Shown here: positions 38,268 through 51,965 of the stretch, piece after piece | Layout: each line of letters opens with the position of its first letter | How positions within the stretch are numbered: position 1 is the first letter of the stretch | Source: Cetorhinus maximus | Lineage: Eukaryota | DNA: 64,000 bases | Assembly (NCBI RefSeq): GCF_964194155.1 | Contig: NC_135901.1 | Span: 29,636,001 to 29,700,000, forward strand | Direction: 5' to 3' | Notes under the pieces: generated by a model | Told to the model about the DNA's origin: nothing | Database searches by the model: none | The model's input: only the letters and a program-made list of their open reading frames with translations | Made by a program: the position numbers and the translations under genes

Positions 38268-39150
38268 GCATTAATAGGGAGGATTTGTAGACAGGAAATG
38301 CAAACCAAACATCATGTCACGATCTGATAGCATCGCTCAACTTATCAGGGCCTGACTATTATCAGCCTTTGAATGCAGAACGAAAAATTATTTGTCTATC
38401 TACTGAAAAGTTTTCAGCTATCAGTGTGAAGCTTCAACTGTCACCCGACAGGAGGTGAACTATATAAGCATGGCAGTGGGAGAGCTTTGAGAAAGCAAAC
38501 CAAGCTGGAAACTCAACCGTGCAGTCACAGTGGGGAGAAGCCATTCACCTGCTCCATGTGTGGGAAGGGATTCGTTTGCTCATGCACCCTGCTTAATCAC
38601 TGACTAGTTCACACTGTGGAGAGGCCCTTTGCTCGCTCCCAGTGTGTGAAGAGATTCAGGGATTCCTCTCACCTGCTGGGACACCACGAGAGGCCAGTCA
38701 CCTGCTCTGAATGTTGGAAGGGATTCACTCACTCATTGAGCTTGATAACATATCAATGAGCTCACTCTGGAGAGAGACCAGTCACCTGATCTAACTCGGA
38801 AGGGATTCACTCAGTCAGCCAAGCTGCTGGCACACCAGTGAATTCACATTGGGGAGAGACATTTAAATGTTCCATGTGTGGGAAGGAATTCAGCCAATCC
38901 TACAGCCTGTTGACACACCAGGAAGTTCACACCAGGGAAAGGCTGTTTGAAAGTTCACTCGCTCGTCCCATCTCCTGACACACCAGCGAGTTCATGTTTG
39001 ACTGCAGGGGTTGGATTCTGCTGTTATTGCTGCTGCTAATCACATCCAGGACTGAACCATGTTCATTCAGTTGGGGTCTGTTTCTGCTGATGTGAATAAT
39101 CCCTGTAACTGGGCTGGAGTTTAATATTCTGGGTAAATGACAAATAAATC
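38268..39150 (+). pseudogene. ZNF pseudogene G7 (divergent partner of G6) with acceptor, fossil acidic leader, about 6 broken fingers and 3' UTR
   Basis: tttacaag|gcattaatagggaggatttgtagacaggaaatgcaaaccaaacatc is homologous to the exon-2 start of the other genes. Many stops and indels. aataaa at ~39143. Confidence 0.75.
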
Positions 39151-39934
39151 AGTTTTGTTTTGGACACACAGTTTGTCAAGTCCTGGTGTCACTGAGATAA
39201 GAAAAGATGGCTTTTCAGCAGAGTCTAAAAGGAGGGGATAGAAGTGAAGGGGTTAAGGGAGGGAATTCCAGAATTTAGGAACCTGCCAGCTAAAGTCTGA
39301 AAGAGTGTGAGCCCTGGATTATGGGGGACTCGAATCTCTGGAGTGGGGACTTGAACCCACGACCTTCAGACTCAGAGGCGGGAGTATGGGACGGACTGAG
39401 CCCTGCTGTTCGGGGAAGTGATGTGAAGTCTCAGTTGCCTCATCCTTTCTCTATCCTTTGCCCCTTTCCAGGATCAGCAGATCGAGCTGAGAACCTGAGC
39501 AACAATTAAAAGGGGCAAGAAAAGAGTTAAGAGAATAAACTTCTTCACCCAGAGAGTGGTGAGAATGAGAATCTCGCTCCCACGGGAGGTGGGTGAGGTG
39601 AATAGGATAGATGTCTGTAAGGGGAAGCTGGATAAACACATGAAGGAGAAAGAAACAGAAGTGGTGGGACTTGATGAAGTAAATTGGGAGGAGGCTCCCC
39701 ATTTTCAACATTTTTATTTTAGGTGAGGAGTTTTGAACATTTGAACCACTTTCAAGGTTACGTTCCAGCTGTTAATGTGCAAACAGGACATGGATATTGG
39801 AATAGCTGGAAATCAGAGGATAGTAGGTAAAGAGCAGGAAACGGCCAAGATAAACCCTACCCAGAATGCAGCAGGATGGGCTGAGTTAGGAGATGCTGAG
39901 CTCAAGGGAGTTTGAAGACCCGGCAATAAAAGAG

Positions 39935-40189
39935 GCTTGTGTATTCACTGACTCAGAGGTAAAGGGGTTTGTGTATAAACTGGCCCGGAGATAAAGGGAC
40001 TTGTAGATACGCTGACCCGGAGATAAAGGGGCTTGTGTATACACTGACCGGAGATAAAAGGACTTGTGTACACACTGACCGGAGATAAAGGGGCTTGTGT
40101 ATATGTGGACTCAGAGATAAAGGGGCTTGTGTATACAATGACCCAGAGATAAAGGGTATTGTGTATGCACAAACTCGGAAATAAAGGGG
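39935..40189. repeat. ~30-bp minisatellite (gacccggagataaaggggcttgtgtataca), about 8 units
   Basis: Direct periodicity. Positionally homologous to the 4230-4525 minisatellite. Confidence 0.9.
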
Positions 40190-41062
40190 CCTAACCCTAA
40201 CCCTAATCCCTAACCCCTAACCTTAACCCTAAACCTAACCATACCCCTAAACCTAACAATACCCGTAAGCCTAAACACAACCGTAAACCTAACCCTAAAC
40301 TTAACCCTAAACCTAACCATAACCTTAAACCTAACCCTAACCCTAAACCTAACCCTAACCATAAACCTAAACATAACCCTAAACCTAACCTTAACCATAA
40401 ACCTAATTCCTAACAATAAACCAAACTCTAAACTTAACTCTAACCCCAAACCCTCACTATAAACCTAACCATAACCCAAAACCTAACCGTAATCCTAACC
40501 CTATCCACAACCCTGAACCTAACCCGAAAGGTAACCATAACCATATACCTAACCAAAACCCTAAACCTAGCCATGACCGAGCCCTAACCCTAAACCTAAC
40601 CATAACCCTAAACCTAACCATAACCCTAAACCTAACCATGAATCAAACCATAACACCAACCCTAACCCTAAACCGAGCCTAACTGTAACGCTAATTCTAA
40701 CCGTAAACCTAACCCTAACCCTAGCCCTAAACCAAACCATAACCCTAAACCTAACCATGAATGTAACCATAACCCCAACCCTAACCCTAAACCTAACACT
40801 AAACCTAACCGTAACCCTAAATCTAACCATAACCCTAACCCTAAACCTAACCATAGCCCTAAACCTAACCATAAAGCTAACCATAACCCTACCCGTAACG
40901 ATAACCCTAAACACAACCCTACCCCTAACCTTAACCCTAAACCTAGCCATAGCCCTAAACCTTACCATAACCCTAAACCTAACTCTAAACCTAACCATAA
41001 TGCCTAACCTAACCATAACACTAACCCGAACCCTAACACTAAACCCAACACTAACCCTAACC
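40190..41062 (-). repeat. Degenerate telomere-like array (CCCTAA/ACCTAA/CCATAA), C-rich on the plus strand, ~870 bp
   Basis: Direct inspection. Frequent 18-bp unit aaccctaaacctaaccat. Confidence 0.92.
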
Positions 41063-42179
41063 GGGAATATACGCTAACCTGTAAATAAACCTAATGCTAA
41101 CTGGGGATCCCAGAGCTTCTCCTGAATCACGTGGTGTCTTGTAGATTGTGGACAGACTTTGCAAATTCGGCACCTTCCAAATCCGTGACCCCTCCCACCT
41201 AGAAGGACAAGGGCAGCAGATGCATGGGAACACCACCACCTGCAAGTTCCCCTCCAAGCCACTCACCATCCAGACTCGGAACCATATCACAATTCCTTCA
41301 CTGTCACCGGGTCAAAACCCTGGAACACCCTTCCCAATATTTCCCCACATTATGCTCCATCTGCAAATGTTCTCCCACTCACTTAACCTACCTGTATCTT
41401 TTTGCAGACTCTCTAGCTCCTCTGGACAATTTACAAGGTCCCTCAAACAGCAACGTGGTAATGACCAGATGATAAGTTTTTGTGATGTTGATTGAGGGAT
41501 AAATGTTGACCGGGACACCGAAGAGAACTGCCCTGCTCTTCTTCCAGAATAATGAAGTGGGATATTTTTCATCCACCCGAGCAGGCAAATGAGGCCTCGG
41601 TGTAGCATCTCACTTGAAAGACGGCACATCCAACACGGCAGCACTCCCTTAGTACTGCACTGGAGGGTCAAATGTGAGTTTTGTGCTCAATTCCTGATTG
41701 GGGGCATGAGCCCAGAAGCTTGGGACTTAGAGGCATGAGTGTTACCCACTGAGCCCCGACTGACAATGAGGTGAAGAGGAGTGGGAGGAGGCATGTGTGG
41801 AGAACAAAAAACATCACAGATCAGGTGACCCGATTGGTTTGGTCCTTTGATGTTAATTCTATGTAATTTCAATAAGTAGAACATTTCAGACACGGATTAG
41901 TTGATTTCACACGAAAGATTTGTTTGGGTGAGATGCTGAAAGGGACCTGTTTTATTGTAAAATAATGTCTGCTGAGAGTCTCTGAATGAATGAGGAGAGA
42001 TCACACGCAGCAGTTCTTAAAGAGACACTGCTCATTCAGCAAATCAGCAATCCCAATTTATCCCACATCAAGGACATGACATAGGGTGTTCAATCCAAAG
42101 CTGATTCATTCCACTTACATCCAGAATAATAAACTCCAGGTCAGTTACAGGGGTCCTTAACATGAGCAGAAGTAAACCC

Positions 42180-43020
42180 CCTAATTCCCCTCCCCTGAAG
42201 GTGCTGACTCTAGGCCTCAGTTTCACATTCACCCGTTGCCCTCCCCGATCTGTCACCCAGGTGTCTGAATCTTTACACCTGAAGTTAACAAACTGTTTTG
42301 CTAAGCGGGCGTCACAATCAAATCCACTGACTACTCACATGTACTTTGTGTCAGGGCGGGGTCACTGTGCCCCGCCACCTCACTTTCCATCCCAGTCCCA
42401 GGAGTTTGGAGATTGGGCTCCAGAAGAGTAATGGCGGCCGCAGCTCCCACAATCGCCCGCGTTGGGGAAACCATTCTATCCGCCGCGCGGGCAGGCGGCC
42501 CGGGACTGCGCATGTGCCGAGTCTGCCGCACAGATGCGCATGTGCGGCTCCTGCCAGGTGGTCGCGCGAAGGCTTTTCCCGTGTCCGCGCGCCTGGCCTG
42601 CAGACTGGGACCCGAGGACGTCACCGCGGAGCAGAGTGATTCCTATTGGCTGATTCAGTCAGGGTTCCATTGTGGACGTCACAATGCGGAAGTTGGACAA
42701 TGAGCTTCAGACTAAAACTTCCTCCTGTGTCCAACATCTGTGAGGAAATCAATGTTTCCCCCTTTCCATTTCTTTTCTCATTCTGGGGGGAAATTGTTGA
42801 CTTGTAGGAACTGAAGGGAAAAGAAGTGAATCCAGGGAGGGTGCAGACTCTGGAAAGGTTGGCCCAGGTTTCTCTCTCTGTCTCTCTCTTAAAGGCATTG
42901 ACATCCTTTGCTCCCTCAGATTGACACGTTTATTTGTCTGGCTAAAAGGATGATCTCTTTCCTAATGTTCACAATTAAAGGGGTGGTTTCCCCAGGAAAT
43001 GGTTGACATTGAAGGGGACA
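42180..43020. promoter_or_regulatory. Promoter/exon-1 module P7, variant B (drives G8)
   Basis: Module homology with a different proximal part (gacgtcac, attggctgattc). ATG at 42684, donor at 42740. Confidence 0.8.
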
Positions 43021-43528
43021 ATTTCAGGGTGATTAACTGTCCTGTGTTTTCAGGGGTTGCTCCTTATTTTGCCTTTTGTCCCATATTTCGAGGACAGCCT
43101 GTGGGAAACTGATCCCAGGAGTCTCCAGAGTGAGTTTGAGTGATTCGAGTGGGACAGCAAGTGAGTGAGTCAGCCAGGCAGAGAGATGATGATGTTGCGA
43201 ATGAACAAGATAAGTTGTAAGTTTTAGTTGATTTTAAACCCCACCACCCCTCCCACTATTATCGTCTCAAGACTCCTCCTCCCCATCACCTCTCATATTG
43301 AAACACAAACACCCGCCCTCAACCCTCTCCCATGGTCACCAGCATTCCACCACCACCCTCCCTTGGTCCCAAGGTTGAAGTGTCCCTTCTTTTATTTCAT
43401 AAGAGTGCTGCCCCCTGGACAATACAGTAATAGAGAACTTCAAGATGTCTAACGTTGTGATAGGGGACATTTTAGCATGTTATTTATGGTTCTGTAATTA
43501 AGTTCATTTATTCATGTTTCTAGTTTTG

Positions 43529-43767
43529 CTGAAAAAAGAGACATGTCAAAGCTTTTCATCCTGCACTCATCAGGACATTTCGCAAGAATATCTGTACCTA
43601 TCAGAGTCCACTTGCCAACTAATCAGCACTGTCTACACAGACAGTATAAATTGTTGTTTTCCCCTTAAATTTGTCTTTTTGCAAGGTGTCCTGATGAGTG
43701 CAAAATGAAAAGCTTCAACATGTATCTTTTTTCAGCAATATTCAAGTTCTGTACTACCAAATGACTA
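43529..43767. mobile_element. Penelope family-2 mini-element with two inverted hammerhead-like motifs and a 12-bp TSD
   Basis: tttctagttttg at 43517-43528 and 43768-43779. ~50-bp inverted repeats each contain tgtcCTGATGAgtgca..atGAAAAGCTT. Confidence 0.7.
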
Positions 43768-44672
43768 TTTCTAGTTTTGTAATATAGTACTGCAACGATG
43801 TTTTATATTTCTAGTCATATATTCATTAAAAACACAGAAGGAGCCCATTTGGCAACTTGAGCACATGCCGACTCTCTTTGGAGCAATCCAGTCAGTCCCA
43901 TTCCCCCTCTATATCCCCATTCCTGTGCAAGCTTATTTCCTTCAAGTGCCCTTCCAATTTCATTTTGAAATCATTAATCATCTCTGCTTTCATCACCCTC
44001 GTAGGCAGTGAGTTCCAGGTCATCACAACTCTCTGCTGAAATACAGTTCTCCCTCACACCCCATGTGTCTCTGATTATGTAATGGAGTACTGTACATTTT
44101 AAGTACAGTATGATTGGGTATATACTGGGTAGATTAGATTTAGAATGGAGAGAGTGTAGCAGAGTAAGAATACAGGGACTGTGTGTGAGATGGAGATTTA
44201 CAGCTTTTGGGGAACAAGAGAGGAAAGAGTGTGCTGTAGAAACTAGAATTGTCTGTTCTGAATTTATATTCAGGACTGACAATAATGATTTTTGTAAACT
44301 CCTTTTGCAGGATATTATAAGTAGAGGATTTGCAGACGGAAATCTCAAACTAAACTCCACGTCGTGATCTGACAGAATCACTCGATTCACCGGGACCTGA
44401 ATATTATTGGCCTTTGAATCTAGAAGGAGAAATGTTTGTCTGTTCTGTCTTCTTCGAAAGCTTTTAAATATCACTGTGACTGGAAAAGCACCAAGACACA
44501 CACACCCAAGTGAGGGTGTTCCAGTGCACTGACTGTGGAAAGAGCTTTAACCAGTTACACAGCCTGAAAGAAACATCGCACCATTCACAGTGAGGAGAGA
44601 CATTATACACGTTCTGTGTGTGGACAAGGCTTCGCTGATTGTTGGACCTGGAGATACAAGGACACCCGCACC

Positions 44673-46259
<1,587 letters not shown>

Positions 46260-49175
46260 TTACCGGGGCTGGATTCTGCTGTTATTGCTGCTGTTAATCT
46301 CATCCAGAACTAAACCATGTTCATTCTGACACTTGGTGAAGTGGGAGGGTCAGAGGGTTTCTTTCTGCTGGATTGTCCGGTCTCACGTCTTTGCTTCCAG
46401 TGGCTGATGCTTTTTGAGCCTGGGAGTGCACATTTCCACTGAAATGATCCACAAAAGCTGATGAAGGACATTTATTTTATCCTGGACAGTACATAGTGTT
46501 TTTCCTACCACTACTGGATCTAAAATAAATTCAAGAAGTTTAGGAAAAATCAGCAGGTCTGGCAGCATCTGTGAAGAGAGAGAAACAGAGTGAACTTTTC
46601 CAGTCCAATATGACTCTTCCTCAGAATTTCAGAGAGGGAGAAATGTGATGGGTTTGATGCTGTTGAGAAAGGTGGGGGGTGGGGTCAGGTAGAATAAAAG
46701 GTCAGGGTCATGCTTGTGGACTGAGTGGAGGTGTTCCACAAAGAGGGCAGCGAACAGGGGACAGATGAAATAATGAGAAACCATTTGGGTCGAGAACATT
46801 GTGCACATCCTTTTACTCTGGTTGTCTTTGATCCACAAATAATTTTCTGTTTTTTAACCATGTTCTGTTTCATTAATAAACTTTTATCAGTAAAAATATT
46901 TGATTTTTCTGGATTTTTCAGGATTAGATATCTGCACTTTAGGGAAAGTGGGTGAGAGGGGTTGGCAGGCTCTTTAGCAGAGAGTGAGTCCCTCTAAGGT
47001 AATTGGCAATTTGCAGGGCCAAGGGGAAAAAGCAGAGCAGTTAGATGAATCAGAAAGTCCTTTCAAAGAGATGGCAGGGGCACGATGGGCTGAATGGACT
47101 CCTTCTGCCTGTGAATCTGAGCCTCCTGCTTTTGTGCAGGTTAAAAGGGACAGATTTCATTTCAGCCTCTTCCCTGTATGTGTATTTAAAGAGACGGGTT
47201 TCTGTTCAGCTCTGAGTGACCGATATAACAATGTCCCAACTCCTCTGTATATTTAAACATGGAACAAAGCCTTGCATGGCCGATTAAAGTGAACAGCCTT
47301 CCTGTAGCTCTCTCTGGACGCAGCAAAAAAGTGTTTGACTGCTTAACAAGAGCAGTGTCCCCTGAAAATAATTCAAACACCTCAACAAAAACAACCTGCA
47401 TTTATGTAGCATCTTTAAACATCCCAGGGAGCTTCACAGGAGCAATTACCAAGCAGAAGTTGACACTGAGCCACATTAAGAGATATTAGCTCAGATGACC
47501 AGTAGCTTGGTCAGAGAGGTAGGTTGAAGAAGTGTCCTGAAGGAGCAAAAAAATCGAGGAGCAGAGAGGTTTAGGGAGGGAATTCCAGAGCGTAGGGCCC
47601 AGGCAGCTGAAGACACGGCCCCCAGTGGTTCTGCAATTGAAACCGGGGATCATGAAGAGGCCAGAATTAGTGGAGCTCAGATATCTTGGAGGATTGTAGG
47701 GATGGAGAAGATTACAGAGATGGGGGGAGTGAGTGACCATGTGGTGATTTGAAAAAAAGGAGGCCGTGGAGGGATTTGAAAAGAATGAGCCAGAATTTAG
47801 CTCAATCAACATCCCATTCACTTTTACAGAGGTAAATTGGGCCCAAGAAGGAGAATCCTAAAATTGAGGCATTGCTTGAGTGGGAGCCAATGTCGGTCAG
47901 TGAGCACAGGGGGTGATAGGTGAACGGGACTGAGTGTGAGTTGGGAGACAGGCAGCAGAGTTTCTCTATTGAAGAAAATTAGTCCCGTTCTGTACATTTC
48001 CCATCACACCGCTTATGTCTAAGATCAAGCTGACATCATCGCATTCCATTGGGATTGCGCAATCTGCTGATGTCATCACATTCTATTGTGACGGTGTCAT
48101 AAGATGACATCAGCATGTTTGTGATTCCACAATCGGCTGACACCAGACTATAGGCTTCATTGGGAGTGTGGGATTAGCTGATGGTTGCACATTGCTTTAT
48201 CATTGTGCAGTGAGCAGAAACATTCGTTTGTAAACAGAATTTTTAACTACGTGTACAGAATTGATCTTCAGATCTGGAAAATGATCTGGATCTGGAACAT
48301 TTACCACTAAAATTAACAAATTTGCTTGTGCAAATGTATGTGACTTTTTTGAGGACAGTTTGTTATCATTGTTTACAATAAGTTGTTGTGGAGAAAAAAA
48401 CATTGGGTGAAATAATCTCCCAATGTTAACAAACGCTTTTAAAATTTTGAGTATTTCTGAAAAACGAGACATGCTGTTGAAGTTTTTTGTCTTGCATTCA
48501 TCAGGACAGATGCAAGAACACTAAATGTCAAAGGGAACAACAATTTATACTGACTGAGAAACAGGGTGTTGATTGGTTGGCACATGTACTCTGATTGGTT
48601 GAGGGGTTTCCATGGGGAATGCACCAGGGAATAATTGTCCACCAAACTTTTGTTTAATTGAAAAGGTGAAATGCCTGGTCAAATTCCTTTTGCCTGCAGA
48701 GGACCGGGCTCTGCATACAAATACAAAAGATTCCAAGATCTGGATCTGGTTCGCATCTTCACCAAATGTAATCATTTCTTCCTTGGGCCATATCATATTT
48801 GCATACTATGCTTGTTCAAATCCAACTGTTCATTTTTGAGATGTATTAAAGACAGACAATCAAGGATGAAAACATGCTCTGTATCTGCAAAGCAGAAAAA
48901 TATTAATGTATTTATTAACAGCATCCATCTGCACACCCAACAACCTGTTCTGAAAACTCTGCTCACATTTTGACAGCTGTGACAAATTCCACCCCAGCAG
49001 CAGAGACAATCCACAACATTCGAAAACAATCAACATTTGAAATAAAGCAAACTACAACAATCGAAAAGAAAAGGTTGATTCTCCTGATCTTCCAATGTGA
49101 ACGGATCCCTTCAAAAATTCCAGGATTCGGATCTTCACCAAAAACAAATTAGTTCTTCCGTGGGCCATATCCTGT

Positions 49176-51438
49176 CGGAAACAATGACGATAACATGGTA
49201 GAATTTAGCATTCAGTTTGAGAGTGAGAAACTTGGGTTGGAAACAGCGGTGCTAAACTTAAATAAGGGAATCACAAGGGAATGAGGGCAGAGTTGACTGG
49301 AGTGGACTGGGGAAGGAGTTTAGCAGAAAAGATGGTTGATGAACAATGGCAGACGTTTAAGAAAATAGTTCATGACTCACAACAAAGATACATCCCAGTG
49401 AGGAAGAAGGATTCTAGGAAGGGGATAAACCAACCATGGTTAACCAAGGCAGTTCATGGTAGTATCAAATTGAAAGAAAAAACGTACAATATGGCAAGGA
49501 TTAGTGGTAAACCAGAAGATTGGGAAAGTTTTAAAAACCAACAAAAGATTACCAAAAAAAAGAGAGAAAATAAACTTTGTGGGTAAACTAGCAAGTAACA
49601 TAAAGACGGACAGTAAGAGCCTCTCTACGTATATGAAAAGGAAGAGAGAGGGAAAAGTGAACAGAGACCCCTAAGAGAATGAGGCTTGGGAGATAATAAT
49701 GGGGAACCAGGAAATGGCAGAGGAGTTGAATACATACTTTGCCTCAGTCTTCACGGTAGAAGACACTAACAGCATTCCAAAAATACTAAATCATCAAGGG
49801 GCAAAGCCGGTGGGGGGTGGTGTTGGGGGAGGAAATAAATACAAAAACTATCACCAGAGAAAAAGTACTAGAGGAACTAATGGGGCTAAAGGCCGATAAA
49901 TCCCCTGGACCTGATGGGTTGCATCCTAGGATATTAAAGGAAGTAGCTACAGAGATGGTGGATGCAGTGGTAGTGATCTTCCAAGAGTTCTCAGATTCTG
50001 GAAAAGTCCCAAAGGATTAGAAAATTGCCAATGTAACACCCTTATTCAAAATGGGAGGGAGACAAAAAAAAGGAAGCTATTTGCTTAACATCTGTCATTG
50101 AGAAAATATTAGAGTCTATTATAAAGGATGTAATAGCAGAGCATTTAGAAATACATTATATAATCAAGCAGAGTCAGCATGGCTTCATGAAGGGGAAATC
50201 ATGCCTGACAAATTTATTTGAATTCTTTGAAGAGCTAACAAGCAGGATAGATAAAGGGGAGCCAGTAGATGTGATATATTTGGATTTCCAAAATGTATTT
50301 GATAAGGTACCACACATAAGGCTAATTAATAAGATAAGAGCCCATGGTGTTGGCATGGATAGAGGATTGGGTAACTAATAGAAGACAGAGAGTTGGGATA
50401 AGGGGGGAATTTTCAGGATGGCAACTTGTAACTAATGGGGTGCCAAAGGGATTGGTGCCGCAATTATTTACAACATATATTAATGAGTTGGATGAGGGAA
50501 GTGAATGTAATATCGCCAAGTTTACGGATGACGCAAAAATAGGTAGGAAGGCAATTGGTGAGGATGACACAAAGAGTCTACAGAGGGATATAGACAGGTT
50601 AGGTGAGTGGGCAAAAACTTGGCAGATGGAATGTAATGTAGGAAAATGTGAGGCTATATACTTTGGCAGGAAGAATAGAGGAGTTGAATATTATTTAAAT
50701 ATCGAAAGACAACAGAAAGCTGCGCAGAGGGACTTGGGGGTCCTTATGCATGAATCACAAAAAGCTTACATACAAGATCAACAGGTAATAGGGAAGGCAA
50801 ATGGAATGTTGGCCTTTATTTCAAAGGGAATGGAGTATAAACATAGGGAAGTCTTGCTAAAATGATACAAGGCACTAGTTAGACCACACCTAGAATACTG
50901 TGAACAGTTTTGGTCCCCTTATCTAAGGAAAGATATACTGGCATGGGATTCAGTCCAGAGAATTGCTAGGTTGATCCCGGGTATGGAGGGATTTTCTTAT
51001 GAGGAGAGATTGAGTCGGTTGGGCCTGTACTCATTGGAGTTTAGAAGAATGAGAGGTGACCTTATTGAAACATATAAGATTCTTAGGAGGCTTGACAGGG
51101 TAGATGCTGAGAGGTTGTTGCCCTTTGTGGGAGAGTCTAGGACTAGAGGGCACAATCTCAGAGTAAGGGGTCGTCCATTTAAGACAGAGATGAGGACGAA
51201 TTTCTTCTCTCAGAGGGTAGTCAATCTGTGGAATTCTTTACCGCAGAGGGCTGTAGAGGCTGGGTCATTAAGTATATTCAAGGCTGGGATAGACATATTT
51301 AATCAATAAGGGAATCAAGGGTTATGGGGGAAACGGCAGGAAAGTGCAGTTGAGGATTATCAGATCAGCCATGATCTCATTGAAATGCGGAGCAGACCCA
51401 ATGGGCTGAATGGCCTACTTCTGCTCCTCCGTCTTATG
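49176..51438 (+). mobile_element. CR1 LINE, 5'-truncated ~2.3 kb, disrupted ORF2 (RT)
   Basis: KSPGPDGLHPRILKE, GKSCLTNLFEFFEE, NGVPKG, AKFTDD, QRDLGV, FFSQRVVNLWNSLP. 3' tail tgaatggcctacttctgctcct. Confidence 0.93.
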
Positions 51439-51599
51439 GATCTCCAATTAGTGTGGCTTTATACTCTTTTGATTAAACAAATTAAACTAAATTAACAAAT
51501 CAGGAACAAAGTGAAAAGTAGCCCCTTAAAGGGATACTGCAAAAAGAAAAACTAATCTTAAAGGAAACTTACAGCCTCAAATTAAAATGTGATTCGAGG

Positions 51600-51842
51600 G
51601 GTCAATACAGCACCCCAGTCCCCACTGTGACCACCGGGCACGGAAGGCCTCGATGGTGCCGGCAGACACCGCGTCTCCCTCTCCAGGGACACCCGGCCGT
51701 GAACGTAGCCGCGGAAAAGGGGCAGACAGGCCGGACGACCCCCTCGATCGCCCACTGCCTGGACCTGTTGATGGCCACCTTGGCCAGGCCCAGCAGCAGG
51801 CTTATGAGGAGATCCTCCTCCCTCCTCACACCCCTCCACACA
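51600..51842 (-). mobile_element. Tx1/L1-like LINE ORF2 C-terminal fragment
   Basis: EEDLLISLLLGLAKVAINRSRQWA...GRVSLERE peptide. Confidence 0.55.
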
Positions 51843-51965
51843 GCGCGAGTGTTGTTTCATACGTGCTCAAGTAAGCATCTAATCAATGCCCTCCACCTGT
51901 ATATACTTATCCTCAATTGATACAATTAACAGCCATAGTCTGAACAGAAGGCTCTCTGATCGGGG

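Noticed and set aside
40210-41077. ORFs rich in MVRFRV, LGLGL or LTLNLT (also 33072-33486)
   Set aside because: Translations of the telomere-like hexamer arrays, not genes.
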